DNA from: a virus | Virus record (IMG/VR): IMGVR_UViG_3300030503_000212 | Location: 1 to 38,492 of that record | Length of the DNA stretch: 38,492 bases | Reading direction: 5' to 3' (one strand) | Shown here: positions 14,373 through 24,299 of the stretch, in pieces | Layout of the letters: the number at the start of each line of letters is the position of its first letter | How positions within the stretch are numbered: the first letter of the stretch is position 1 | The notes under the pieces: generated by a model | Database searches by the model: none | Seen by the model: the letters and a program-made list of their open reading frames with translations, nothing else | What the model was told of the DNA's origin: nothing | Position numbers and translations under genes: made by a program

Positions 14373-15017
14373 ATGTCGGACAGAGTAAAGCGTTGGATCG
14401 AGGTTGAGGAGCAGGCACATCCGGAGCATGGTGGGCAGGTGCTTGTGACGTTTACCTTAGGTAAGTACACTCGGTATGTTACAGCGGCCCGGTGGGATTG
14501 TGGACGGTGGGATTGGGGTAGTGTGCGTGCTAATTTCGCCCGTAAGGATTCCGATATAGTTGCGTGGCAGGAGATGCCATTACCGTTTGGTGCTGGGGAC
14601 GATGTGACTGCTCCAGTTATGCATAAACTCTACGTGTGGCGAAATATTGATTACTTGGTCGTAGCACACGCGAAATCTGTAGCCGAGGCCCGGCAACTTA
14701 TTCGTGACGAACATGGGGTTGATGGCGATAGTTCTGTGCCGGTACGTGCAGCTGCTCTCAAAGCTGTTCAAGAGAATACGCCGGAGATCCACTACAGGAC
14801 GGATGCTGAATTAGTGTTGTCAGCGAATGGTGAAACGCAGGAGCTCGAATTGTTAGCAATCACAAATGAGCAAACCATTCATACGCTCAGAGATCAGTCC
14901 CGAGCCAAGGATGTAGAGATTCAACAGCTCAAGGATCAACTGCTACTCGCTCAGGAACAAGTGAATGCATTGTCTATCGTGAAAGGTTCTAATGACAAAA
15001 CTGCGAGCGGAAATTGA
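14373..15017 (+). CDS. DUF551-like N-terminal domain protein with C-terminal coiled coil
   Basis: GAGG RBS; W...VLVT...VAWQEMPLP. Confidence 0.75.
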   Translation: MSDRVKRWIEVEEQAHPEHGGQVLVTFTLGKYTRYVTAARWDCGRWDWGSVRANFARKDSDIVAWQEMPLPFGAGDDVTAPVMHKLYVWRNIDYLVVAHAKSVAEARQLIRDEHGVDGDSSVPVRAAALKAVQENTPEIHYRTDAELVLSANGETQELELLAITNEQTIHTLRDQSRAKDVEIQQLKDQLLLAQEQVNALSIVKGSNDKTASGN

Positions 15018-15237
15018 GGCTGAAAAGATCATCGGAGATCTTAACGGTTGGGGTCTGTACACCATGCCGGGGCGTAAGTTTACGTTCCTGAACGGTGGTA
15101 AGCAATTACCACGTATATTTGTCATCACGAACGGCAAACGGGGTAAGCAGCGCTGGGCAGTTGAGGCATCAAGTTGGCCGTCTGCGTTAGCAAAACTCAA
15201 GGTGTTATTTGATAGTAAGAAAGAGGAATTGAAATGA
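14992..15237 (+). CDS. hypothetical protein
   Basis: Overlapping coupled ORF, AAGG upstream. Confidence 0.65.
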   Translation: MTKLRAEIEAEKIIGDLNGWGLYTMPGRKFTFLNGGKQLPRIFVITNGKRGKQRWAVEASSWPSALAKLKVLFDSKKEELK

Positions 15238-15482
15238 GTTTCAAACAGTTGGTAGTGGTTCGAATTCTCCTGATGATCGCTAAGTTCGTAGCGCCGTCTG
15301 AGTGGCAGCGTGACATCGATCAGTTGGCATCACATTTCACTGTGCATGGTCCCAAAGACCTAGAGGCCGATTCGGTAAAGGACAAACTTATTGTTGATTT
15401 GCAACGTAAGATCGAGGCTCAGGCCAAAGACCTCACGGATATGGCTCCCACAAACTGGCGTGCCGAGGTGCAGCACCCATGA
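15234..15482 (+). CDS. hypothetical protein
   Basis: GAGG RBS, ATGA coupling at both ends. Confidence 0.7.
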   Translation: MSFKQLVVVRILLMIAKFVAPSEWQRDIDQLASHFTVHGPKDLEADSVKDKLIVDLQRKIEAQAKDLTDMAPTNWRAEVQHP

Positions 15483-15640
15483 AAGACTGGGCGATTCACC
15501 AAAGCCGTAGAGATGTACCATCACGGAACATCGTATGCTGTACGTTTTGTGGAGAGCCTGCGCCGTATAAAGCATCGGATGGATCGCCGGTGTGCTTATC
15601 GTGTTTGAATGCCTACAAGCCAGAATGCAACAGAAAGTAG
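15479..15640 (+). CDS. 53-aa zinc-finger-like protein (below the track's length cutoff)
   Basis: GAGGTG RBS, ATGA coupling; MKDWAIHQ...CTFC...CLSC...RK*. Confidence 0.6.
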   Translation: MKDWAIHQSRRDVPSRNIVCCTFCGEPAPYKASDGSPVCLSCLNAYKPECNRK

Positions 15641-15678
15641 CCGCCAATATGTCAACAGAAAGTTGTTTGAGGAACCTC

Positions 15679-15864
15679 ATGAAAGAACCTATCAACACAA
15701 AGTGCCAGTGTCCTTTTTGTCGCGGCGATATCATAGATTGTCCCGAGTGTTTTGGGGCAGGAATGAGATTCGTTCCGAATCGTGGACCCACACATCCGGA
15801 CTTGATGTTTCTTTACGTAGCGTGCAATGTGTGCGATGGCAAAGGGTATGTGCCGGTGAACTAA
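15679..15864 (+). CDS. DnaJ-type zinc-finger-like small protein
   Basis: GAGGA RBS; CPFC, CPECFGAG, CNVCDGKG. Confidence 0.7.
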   Translation: MKEPINTKCQCPFCRGDIIDCPECFGAGMRFVPNRGPTHPDLMFLYVACNVCDGKGYVPVN

Positions 15865-15874
15865 CCACTGCGTC

Positions 15875-15880
15875 TACAAT
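15875..15880 (+). promoter_or_regulatory. -10 element (cTACAAT) upstream of helicase
   Basis: Recurrent intergenic motif. Confidence 0.5.
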
Positions 15881-15906
15881 GGTGGGTAAGGGAAAACCAC
15901 TCGCCA

Positions 15907-17244
15907 ATGTATGAACTAGATGCAGACTTTACCGACTTGTTTTTGCGTTATCTTGTTGCTGATCGTCTGATGTTGCAGGCGGTCGGGGATCTGGTAGATC
16001 CGCAGGATTTTGAGGATCGGTCAGAACGGATCATTGTAGCTTTAGCCATACATCATTGGCGTGAGACACAAGAGCCTATCAGCTCGTGGCTCAAGATTGA
16101 GGTTGGCGATTACCTGGACTCACGCAAAACGCCGATGAAAGCCGATGCAGAGGCTGAGCTAAAGAAAAAAGTTTCATCGATTCTCAAGCGTGAGCGTCCG
16201 CTCATAGCTGCCACTAAAGTTCACAAGCTGTTTCAAAAGTTCAAGACAGATCAGTTCATGCGCCGGTCTATGGATGAAGTGCTTGAGCTACAGATGCAAG
16301 GGCAGCTCAACGTGAGCAACTTTGCCACGATAGCGCAGCAAGCTGCACGGTTCACTGCATCCTCAAAATTCAAGTCGCATGACATTACCGAAGAATTCGA
16401 AGTACGACAAAAAAGGCGTGAGCAGCTTAGCAATACCAAACATCCATTGTTCTATATCGATCCGCTAGATGACTCTGTGCGGGCGCTGGGACGTAAAGAG
16501 TTGGCTTTGTGGCTTGCGCCCTGGGGTTCTGGCAAGTCCATGGCACTGCTACACACAGCGTGGGCTCAGGGCGTACAGCGCCAAAAGACTTTGCACATTT
16601 CGACAGAGGATACAGAGGATACTGTTTGGAATCGGTTTGACGCAAAGATTGCTGACTTGCCCATCAATCAACTATTGGAGATGTCTGTTGAGCTGCGGGA
16701 ACGGTTCGAGCGTGTCACCAAAAAGTTTCGGGGCAGGATAAAGACTATTGACGCGGTGGGCGAAAGTCTTAGTGCAGCGAACATCGATGGGATCTGGGAG
16801 CGTGAACGCAGCAATGGATTCATCGCCGATACAGTTATTGTTGACTATGACGAAAAGCTAGTCCCGATGACACCCACAAAAGAGAAACGCTGGGACATCG
16901 ATGCTACATACAATGAGATGTTGCACTTTGCCGGGCAGCGCGATGTGCGTTTGTGGATGGCTGCTCAGGTAGGCCGTAAAGGCGATAAGAAAAAGATTGT
17001 TGACGGCGGAATGGTCGCCGAGGATATCGGCAAGGTGCGTAAAGCAACTATTGCTCTGGGAATTGGGTGGGGGGATAACGGCGAAAAGAGCCGGTACATT
17101 TATGTAGCCAAGCATCGTGATGGCAGATCCAGATTCGGCGTCGACATCATGAGTAATCTGGCTAACGCTCAGTTCTATGACCGTGAGGCTACGATGCGCC
17201 TGAACGTCAAAACTCAGTCGGCAGCAATTGAGGAGCTGGAGTAG
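15907..17244 (+). CDS. DnaB-like replicative helicase (SF4)
   Basis: Walker A APWGSGKS, HISTED, VIVDY, MAAQ, VAKHRDG; adjacent to primase. Confidence 0.9.
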   Translation: MYELDADFTDLFLRYLVADRLMLQAVGDLVDPQDFEDRSERIIVALAIHHWRETQEPISSWLKIEVGDYLDSRKTPMKADAEAELKKKVSSILKRERPLIAATKVHKLFQKFKTDQFMRRSMDEVLELQMQGQLNVSNFATIAQQAARFTASSKFKSHDITEEFEVRQKRREQLSNTKHPLFYIDPLDDSVRALGRKELALWLAPWGSGKSMALLHTAWAQGVQRQKTLHISTEDTEDTVWNRFDAKIADLPINQLLEMSVELRERFERVTKKFRGRIKTIDAVGESLSAANIDGIWERERSNGFIADTVIVDYDEKLVPMTPTKEKRWDIDATYNEMLHFAGQRDVRLWMAAQVGRKGDKKKIVDGGMVAEDIGKVRKATIALGIGWGDNGEKSRYIYVAKHRDGRSRFGVDIMSNLANAQFYDREATMRLNVKTQSAAIEELE

Positions 17245-18200
17245 TGACGATCCTAGACATCCTTGAGGCAAGTTCACTTGACTGGCGATACGACCATAAG
17301 CCGGGTGAGGTTTGGGTTTGCTGCCCTATATGCATTGAAAACGGAGAAACACCCGACACACGTTACAGGCTTGGTGTGAATTACGTTACGGGTCAGGCAC
17401 ACTGTTTCAATTGCCATTGGACATCAGACAATATCGTGTTCACTGCGAGGTCATTGGCAGCTGCTGCTGAGGTCGATCTACGCGGTACGGTGGTAACACA
17501 GCATAAAGAGCGTACGGAGCGTGCCAAGGTCAAGCCAGAGCCTGCTCCAACCTATCTAACGAACTTGCCTGAGGGTTATGAACGATTCAATTACAAGTCG
17601 CCGTTCGAGAAACGAGCGCTGGCGTATTTGATGGACAGAGGCATTACCAGGGATCAGATACAACGCTGGGAGATTGGATACGCCATGGTGGGGGTATATG
17701 CCGGTCGTATCATCATTCCAGTAGTTCACGATGGCAAAATCGCGGGTGTGGCATGCCGGGATTACACGGGCATCTCTGATTTGCGCTGGAAAAACTCGGA
17801 ATCGTTGCGTGGGATCTTTGGGATGAAAGGCAACAAGTACGCAACAATAAGTGAGGGTGCTATGGACGCTCTCAGAATTGAAACTTTGGTGCCGGGTGAA
17901 GATTCTATTGCCATGTTTGGGTCCAACATATCAGACGAGCAAATGGAAATGCTCAAGCGTTATACAGGCGGGATTACGTATCTGGGAGATCATGATGCGC
18001 CAGGGTGCAAAGGGGCAAGGATCAATTGTGAGGATATGGCCATGGCCGGTCTCAAGGTAAGGGTGAGCATTCCGGCACGATTGGATGGTTCAGATCCTAG
18101 CACACAGTCTGACGAATTACTATTGACACGGCGACGGACTGCTGTAGCATGGTCAAAAGCAACTGAAAGGTTACTAATGCATCGTGAGGCGTTCAAATGA
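17244..18200 (+). CDS. DNA primase (DnaG-like)
   Basis: Zinc finger CPIC..HCFNC, YLMDRGI, RIIIPV, Toprim SEGAMDA and GDHDAPG. Confidence 0.9.
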   Translation: MTILDILEASSLDWRYDHKPGEVWVCCPICIENGETPDTRYRLGVNYVTGQAHCFNCHWTSDNIVFTARSLAAAAEVDLRGTVVTQHKERTERAKVKPEPAPTYLTNLPEGYERFNYKSPFEKRALAYLMDRGITRDQIQRWEIGYAMVGVYAGRIIIPVVHDGKIAGVACRDYTGISDLRWKNSESLRGIFGMKGNKYATISEGAMDALRIETLVPGEDSIAMFGSNISDEQMEMLKRYTGGITYLGDHDAPGCKGARINCEDMAMAGLKVRVSIPARLDGSDPSTQSDELLLTRRRTAVAWSKATERLLMHREAFK

Positions 18201-18694
18201 AATTTCTATTGGGCATTGATAATTTTGTATTGAGCTGTGTTGCGTGGTGCCTCGGGTTCTGTGAGGCTAATTTCTCTTGGACGCAGAAATGGATCGAGCG
18301 GGTGCTTATCGTCATGATTGGTATTTTGGGAATGTTAACCATCCATGAGTACTACACATATCAGATTTCTGGGCTGTTGTTTTTAGTGTGGTTTCTGTGG
18401 CGTGCTCATAAGAAACCAGCCGTGTACCGACTTACTATTGAGCGGTCTGTGTTCTCTCGTAGTATGCGTATTTTGTACATCATACTTTGCGGCATCGATC
18501 TGAGTGCTATTGGAGTCATAAACTTTCATTTCAGATCATTAATGTTTACTTTGACTATGACTCTTATGTTCTACATGCTTGCAATCCCCTGGGACGATGA
18601 TGGGCAGCGCAAGCGTCATAAGAAACTCAGTCTGGCAAAAGCTATTGGATTGTTCGGTACGTCGTGGATTGAGCAACCCTTGGGAGTTCACTGA
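18197..18694 (+). CDS. membrane protein
   Basis: Several hydrophobic helices; coupled to both neighbours. Confidence 0.7.
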   Translation: MKFLLGIDNFVLSCVAWCLGFCEANFSWTQKWIERVLIVMIGILGMLTIHEYYTYQISGLLFLVWFLWRAHKKPAVYRLTIERSVFSRSMRILYIILCGIDLSAIGVINFHFRSLMFTLTMTLMFYMLAIPWDDDGQRKRHKKLSLAKAIGLFGTSWIEQPLGVH

Positions 18695-19989
18695 TGCCCC
18701 ATTACAGGATGAAACAGGGAGATTGCCGACAAGTCCTCAAAAAGATGCAGGACAATTTTGTGTCCTCAATAGTAACTGATCCGCCTTATGAGATTGGTTT
18801 CATGAATCATGGGTGGGACAGTTCGGGCATCGCTTACGAGGTTGCTGTATGGAAAGAGGCATATCGTGTTCTCAAGCCGGGCGGATACCTGCTCGCGTTT
18901 GGTGGAGCTCGTACATATCATCGTTTGGCTTGTGCTATCGAGGATGCAGGATTTGAGATCCGCGATCAGATCATGTGGATTTATGGGTCTGGATTTCCGA
19001 AAAGTCTTGATGTCAGTAAGTCCATAGACAAAGCTGCCGGGGCTGAACGTGAGGTTGTGGGGCGTAAAGTGCATCCAGACGACGGATCTACACGCAAAGA
19101 TGTCTCTAGATCACGCGGTATACATGACGGTGGACATCAACAAAATGGTTTGGGAGATATTACCGTGCCAGCAACAGAAAGTGCAAAACAATGGGACGGG
19201 TGGCACACAGCTTTGAAACCTGCACACGAACCCATTGTTGTTGCTAGAAAACCGTTGATCGGTACTGTTGTTGAAAATGTGTTGACGCATGGTACCGGAG
19301 CAATGAACATAAAGGCGTGTCGTGTCCCCGGCGAACCTATCACTATTAATGTTCTTGAGGAGTGGTCTGGATTCGGCCAAAAAGAAAAGCCTACGTACAC
19401 AGCAACAGTAAGTGTGACAGGACGTTGGCCAGCCAATCTTATCCATGACGGATCAGACGAGGTACTGGATACGTTTGCAGAGTATGGTGGATTGCGGGCT
19501 CGTGGAAATAAAACACCAACAAAACGTGATGTAAAAACGCCGGGATGGGGGAATATCGGGTGTGGTCCTGATGGTCCTATAAATGGTGGTGATGCAGGCA
19601 CAGCAGCACGGTTTTTCTACTGTGCCAAGCCCTCAAAGAAAGAGCGGAATGCTGGTTTGAATCGCTTACCAGATAACTTGGTAGGAACCTCTAACACAGC
19701 TCAGGCAGAGCTAAAGCGCGGTCAGCTACGAGATCGTCAACAATCAGGTGTCAATAGTATTAAGGTGATGAAGAATTATCATCCAACGGTGAAACCGATG
19801 ACTCTTGCACGGTATCTTGTGAGACTCGTGACTCCACCTAAGGGTATCTGTCTTGATATGTTTGCAGGCTCAGGGACATTTGTTGTAGCGGCATTGGCTG
19901 AGGGATTCAATGCCTACGGTATTGAGAATGAACAACATTATGTTGACATCGCTGAGGGACGCATACAACACTTTCTGAACGGAGAATAG
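18694..19989 (+). CDS. site-specific DNA methyltransferase (N4-C/N6-A, beta class)
   Basis: VTDPPY, WIYGSGFPKS, LKPAHEPI, HPTVKP, DMFAGSGT. Confidence 0.92.
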   Translation: MPHYRMKQGDCRQVLKKMQDNFVSSIVTDPPYEIGFMNHGWDSSGIAYEVAVWKEAYRVLKPGGYLLAFGGARTYHRLACAIEDAGFEIRDQIMWIYGSGFPKSLDVSKSIDKAAGAEREVVGRKVHPDDGSTRKDVSRSRGIHDGGHQQNGLGDITVPATESAKQWDGWHTALKPAHEPIVVARKPLIGTVVENVLTHGTGAMNIKACRVPGEPITINVLEEWSGFGQKEKPTYTATVSVTGRWPANLIHDGSDEVLDTFAEYGGLRARGNKTPTKRDVKTPGWGNIGCGPDGPINGGDAGTAARFFYCAKPSKKERNAGLNRLPDNLVGTSNTAQAELKRGQLRDRQQSGVNSIKVMKNYHPTVKPMTLARYLVRLVTPPKGICLDMFAGSGTFVVAALAEGFNAYGIENEQHYVDIAEGRIQHFLNGE

Positions 19990-19993
19990 GTGA

Positions 19994-20947
19994 ATGAAGT
20001 ATCTATTGGTGGATGGTAAGAATATGTTGTTCCGTGCAGGTTACGCATCACCCAACCTCCAGACGCAAGATAAGCGACTTTCTGGTGCATTACATGGGTT
20101 TCTCAAAATGCTTAGCCGGGTCCGGGTCCAGCATCAGGACGCAGAACTGGTAGTGATCTGGGAACAGGCCGGTCAGCAGACGTATCGCCACAAGCTCTAT
20201 CCCGGGTACAAGGATCGTTCACAAGCAAAGCCAGATCCGATAGCTCAGGGTATCCAAAAGCAGATAGAACCTATTCAGGCGATGTGCCATGCTTGCGGTG
20301 TACGTTGGGTGCAGATGCTTGGGATCGAGGCCGATGATGTTGCCGGACTATTGACTGTATCGCTGCGAGCTTTGAATCACGAGATTCTGTTGCTGTCTGG
20401 AGATAAGGATTGGTGGCAGCTTGCTCCGATTCCCGGTGTGACGGTGTTGTGTGAGCAAGGCACTACACGCGATGAGCCTATAGTTACGGACGCAAAGGTC
20501 ATGGATAAATTCGGATGTAAGGCTAAAGACTTGATACGTCTCCGTCCGTTCCTGGGAGACACCTCGGATAAAATCCCACGGGTGAGACCGCGATTCTTTG
20601 AGCGTGACGCACTGGCATTGGTTCGGGCAGGCTGCAATCCAAAATGGCCATTGGATCAGCAACCGGAGTTTGTACAACAGTTTCCTGATATCAAGCAGTT
20701 GTGGCCGAATTACGTACGCAACTACAGGTTGATGAAAATTGCCCGTACATTGGACGACTGTCATGTTTCTGTTGAGGCTTTCAATCAGGTGATGAACATC
20801 GTGACAGGTCCGTTGCCGGAGCGTAATTATCAGGCAATGATTCGTGTGATGGCCGACTGGGAACTAGATTCAGCTATGGCGAACCGTACTTTCATATTTT
20901 CTATTGCACGCACAGCAACTCCTGTTGTAGAGTCTGAGCTGGGATAA
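19994..20947 (+). CDS. 5'-3' exonuclease / flap endonuclease (PolA N-terminal-like)
   Basis: LLVDGKN, YRHKLYPGYK, EADD, SGDKD, GDTSDKIP. Confidence 0.9.
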   Translation: MKYLLVDGKNMLFRAGYASPNLQTQDKRLSGALHGFLKMLSRVRVQHQDAELVVIWEQAGQQTYRHKLYPGYKDRSQAKPDPIAQGIQKQIEPIQAMCHACGVRWVQMLGIEADDVAGLLTVSLRALNHEILLLSGDKDWWQLAPIPGVTVLCEQGTTRDEPIVTDAKVMDKFGCKAKDLIRLRPFLGDTSDKIPRVRPRFFERDALALVRAGCNPKWPLDQQPEFVQQFPDIKQLWPNYVRNYRLMKIARTLDDCHVSVEAFNQVMNIVTGPLPERNYQAMIRVMADWELDSAMANRTFIFSIARTATPVVESELG

Positions 20948-20965
20948 GGAGTACCGTGCAACAGT

Positions 20966-22792
20966 ATGTCAAAATTCAGGTTGTCCGAATCACTACCGGA
21001 CAGCGCGATCTCATTAAACTATGAGGGGTTCGCTGGACTAGAGCCGATGATTCTTAAATTCGCAAATATGACTTGGCAGCGAATTCCAGAGTCACATCGG
21101 CGTCATATAGACAAAGAGGATATATTGCAGGAGACGCGAATGCGTGCGTTTGCTGCAATAGCAAGTTACGATCCAGGTAAAACTGGATTGAACGGCAAGA
21201 CAGCAAAACTTTCATCTTGGGTGTATGGCACGCTCGCGTTACGCATGCGAGAAGTCAACGCTCCATTCACAGATCCAACACGCAATCAGAGTCGCAGCGG
21301 TATAGTTGTTGGCTTTGATGAGGCGTGGGAGAATCCTTTTTCGACATACGAACCCGTATTCGAAATGGGTCCGCATCTGCATGACTCGCTCGAATCGTTT
21401 GAGCAGGCGTACAAAGAGTCTGACACTAACACTCAACAGATGTTTCTTGATACGTTGGGACTACGAACTAAAATTCGTATTTCACCTAAACGCGGAAATT
21501 CTGTTGCATTAGACATCGCGACCAAATGCAGGCTTACACCGACAGATTTACGGACGTTGCGGTCGCATGGAACGGAAAGGTGCGTTATCGTGGCAGCAAA
21601 ACTAAGTAAAGGCGGAAAGCTCCCGCAGATCGAATGTGTAAAGTGCAGCAATAGTTTTTCAGTTACTGATGTCGGAAAGACTATTGACGCGCGTACTCTC
21701 GTGTGCTCAAATTGTTATGCAGAACAAAGTGAGAGTGAACTGACTTGCTTTGCAAAAGAATATGAGCCAACCGCGCCGGAGTGTTCGGGTCTATGTCCAG
21801 ATCGAACCGTTTGCGCTGAGGTATCAACTAAGGGAGCCTATATGGGGATCAAAGTATCGAACAGCAAATCAGGCAAGACAAAGTCAACTCCAGCAGTAAA
21901 ACCTGCATCAGAGATTGTGGACGATCCATTCGCTGATGAACCATTGGAGGTCGCAGGTTATCCGGTGGGGTCGTTGACTATCGGTAGTGAGCAGCTTGAG
22001 GTAGAGGATAATTCTATCGATGGCCATGACGATGAGCCAGCTGACGGAGAGTTCGATGAGCCGTTGGAGGAGGTACCTGAGGAACTGGAGGTACATGAAC
22101 CAGCTCATGCAGACGAACCTCTGGATACGGCAGCAGATGATCCATTTCTCGACACAGCAGTCGAGGAGAAACCAAAACCCGCTACGGCGGCTAAACCCTC
22201 TCGTCAGAAAGAACAGGTGGTTATCGTGCCTGCCAAGCCTACTCCCGTGAAGGTTGCTCAAAAGAAAGTGCCGGTTAAGGCTGTGCCTGCTAAAAAGGCT
22301 GTTGTGGTCGTCAAAGCAAAGCCTGTAGTCAAGGCGGCAGCTCCTGTGAAGGTCGCAGCCAAGCCCGTAAAGGCAGCAAAGCCCGCTCCAGCGAAAACGG
22401 CGGCTCTGGCTAAGGCTGGTAAAAAGGCCAAACGCGTGCTTAAGGCGTTCAAGCCTCAGTATTGGACCGGTCAGCATCCGTTCCGTCCAGGCACTGCGCT
22501 ACACAAGATCGCTGAGAAACTGTTGACGCCTCCGGGTGTCAAGCTGAATCAGCTGATCGCATATGTCGCTAAGCAGGGGCTCAATTGGCGTGGTGTGCGT
22601 CACAATCTGGCCAAGGGTGCATCATTCAATGGCCAGTGGGAGTGGAAGTTCAAAATCGCTGACGACGATGCTCAGATGGTGACGATGAAAATCACTAAGC
22701 ACCCTGATGCTGAGTACAAGAAAGAGTGCGGTGAGCCCGTCAAGCCTGTGGTCAAGGCCAAGGCAAAGGCAAAGGCAAAGGGCAAAAAGTAA
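20966..22792 (+). CDS. sigma-70 region-2-like domain + Cys cluster + acidic tract + Lys/Ala/Pro-rich histone-H1-like region
   Basis: DKEDILQE..AFAAIASYDP..KLSSWVY; CVKC, CSNC, further Cys; E/D-rich 21900-22170; KPVKAA repeats; possible internal start ATG 21842 with GGAG. Confidence 0.7.
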   Translation: MSKFRLSESLPDSAISLNYEGFAGLEPMILKFANMTWQRIPESHRRHIDKEDILQETRMRAFAAIASYDPGKTGLNGKTAKLSSWVYGTLALRMREVNAPFTDPTRNQSRSGIVVGFDEAWENPFSTYEPVFEMGPHLHDSLESFEQAYKESDTNTQQMFLDTLGLRTKIRISPKRGNSVALDIATKCRLTPTDLRTLRSHGTERCVIVAAKLSKGGKLPQIECVKCSNSFSVTDVGKTIDARTLVCSNCYAEQSESELTCFAKEYEPTAPECSGLCPDRTVCAEVSTKGAYMGIKVSNSKSGKTKSTPAVKPASEIVDDPFADEPLEVAGYPVGSLTIGSEQLEVEDNSIDGHDDEPADGEFDEPLEEVPEELEVHEPAHADEPLDTAADDPFLDTAVEEKPKPATAAKPSRQKEQVVIVPAKPTPVKVAQKKVPVKAVPAKKAVVVVKAKPVVKAAAPVKVAAKPVKAAKPAPAKTAALAKAGKKAKRVLKAFKPQYWTGQHPFRPGTALHKIAEKLLTPPGVKLNQLIAYVAKQGLNWRGVRHNLAKGASFNGQWEWKFKIADDDAQMVTMKITKHPDAEYKKECGEPVKPVVKAKAKAKAKGKK

Positions 22793-22817
22793 AGCGGTTT
22801 GCAGCACTTATTGTTGA

Positions 22818-22859
22818 GTGCAAAGGGTTCTATCACTCCACGGGTAGAACCCTTTGTGC
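22818..22859 (+). terminator. strong hairpin, probable terminator
   Basis: gtgcaaagggttctatc/ggtagaaccctttgtgc. Confidence 0.65.
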
Positions 22860-22866
22860 TGTCCGC

Positions 22867-22872
22867 TACAAT
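22867..22872 (+). promoter_or_regulatory. -10 element (gcTACAAT)
   Basis: Recurrent motif directly after terminator. Confidence 0.55.
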
Positions 22873-22890
22873 CTCTATACGAGGTGTGAC

Positions 22891-23415
22891 ATGCTACGAG
22901 CTACGATTTATCTTGTCGGATTGCTGTTCTTGACGTTCGTCGTTATGTACGGTAGCGAGCCACGACTCCAGGTCTGGTTATTGAGTAGCTATCATCGGCT
23001 TTACGGCCTGATTGAGCACAAGTATTTCGTGTACAAAGCCGGGCGGCTGCTCAAGGTTCCTGTGCGGCGATTGCTGTTGCATGATTGGTCTAGATTCCTG
23101 CCGCTCGAATGGAAAGCCTACCGTAAGCTGCCGGAAAGTTTGGAGTGGCAGCGGGCATGGGTATGCCATGTGAGTCGTAACGATCATCATTGGCAGCACT
23201 GGTGTACAGAGACAGAAACGTTCAAAATGCCTGAGGTATGTGTCCGAGAAATGGTAGCGGATTGGATGGCCATCAGCAGGACAACAAACGGCGTGTACGG
23301 GGCCGTGGCAGGCTTTACATTGGCATATCCTATGATGCGCCTGCATGAGAGCACACGTAATTTCGCTTGGTTTCTGCTACAGACTTATGCAACACGTTGG
23401 GAGGGGCGTAAATGA
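22891..23415 (+). CDS. DUF5662-like / HD-type putative phosphohydrolase with hydrophobic N-terminus
   Basis: EHKYFV, LHDWSRF, HVSRNDHHWQHW, EMVADW. Confidence 0.7.
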   Translation: MLRATIYLVGLLFLTFVVMYGSEPRLQVWLLSSYHRLYGLIEHKYFVYKAGRLLKVPVRRLLLHDWSRFLPLEWKAYRKLPESLEWQRAWVCHVSRNDHHWQHWCTETETFKMPEVCVREMVADWMAISRTTNGVYGAVAGFTLAYPMMRLHESTRNFAWFLLQTYATRWEGRK

Positions 23416-23996
23416 GGATTAGCTACATTGTGTCAGCATTCAATAGCTCGCGGTTTCTGCCGTGCCTGCTGGGATCTCTAGCGGTTCAGACAGATCAGGA
23501 TTTCGAGGTTCTCGTTACGGATAATACTGTTGACGAGGATAAAGCGTTGGCTATCCGACGAGTATGCCGGATTTCTGATGTCAAGCATATTCGGTACGTA
23601 AATACGCGCCAGACGACTTGCTATCACTCAGCAGAAACAGGTGTAGGGTTGGTTCAGGGCGAGTTTGTCTGTTTCCCATCAGACGATAACTATTACATGC
23701 CCACGTTCGGCGAAGCAATGTACAGAACAGCCAGTGCCAACGGTGCCGACTTAGTGTTGTGCGAGATGATTTTTGACGGTCGTCGTGGTGGTCGGTACTC
23801 AGTCATGGACACTAAAGCCGCGTTTGGACATGTAGACAAAGGTGGGTTCATTCTGCGCCGGGATAAGTTCCAACCGTTCCCCGGCAAGCCTGATACAGAC
23901 ATACCGTGTGGTGCTGATGGTATGTTGATTGACCAGTTGGTAGCCTCTGGGATTTCCCATATTAAACTGCCGGATATCTTAGTCGTTCACAATTGA
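23412..23996 (+). CDS. glycosyltransferase family 2
   Basis: ISYIVSAFN, LGSLAVQT, FEVLVTDN, GEFVCFPSDDNYY. Confidence 0.85.
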   Translation: MRISYIVSAFNSSRFLPCLLGSLAVQTDQDFEVLVTDNTVDEDKALAIRRVCRISDVKHIRYVNTRQTTCYHSAETGVGLVQGEFVCFPSDDNYYMPTFGEAMYRTASANGADLVLCEMIFDGRRGGRYSVMDTKAAFGHVDKGGFILRRDKFQPFPGKPDTDIPCGADGMLIDQLVASGISHIKLPDILVVHN

Positions 23997-24002
23997 GGCC
24001 GT

Positions 24003-24299
24003 ATGAGAAAGATTTGGATGGACATTCATGATGGTGTAGTGCCACGGCGTGGAGATAGATTGTTGTCTCCGAAAAGCGTTTATCATGTGCTGCACGTCCA
24101 TCGAATGAAACGACGCAATCCGGACGCCGTACCCAGGTTTCAATTATTCGTACTAAGGGCGGATGAGTTTGATGATGAGATTCTAGTGCAACGCCTACTC
24201 CAATCAGCGAATCGACGCGGCGGTCAGCAGATCATCAGATTTACATGGAATTCACGCAACAAAAAGTCAAAAGGACTGAGGTTAGACTCGTGGCTCTGA
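24003..24299 (+). CDS. hypothetical basic protein
   Basis: GAGG RBS, 98 aa. Confidence 0.7.
   Translation: MRKIWMDIHDGVVPRRGDRLLSPKSVYHVLHVHRMKRRNPDAVPRFQLFVLRADEFDDEILVQRLLQSANRRGGQQIIRFTWNSRNKKSKGLRLDSWL

Noticed and set aside
22250-22790. DNA tandem repeats (aaggca n, KPVKAA codons)
   Set aside because: Explained by low-complexity Lys/Ala protein sequence
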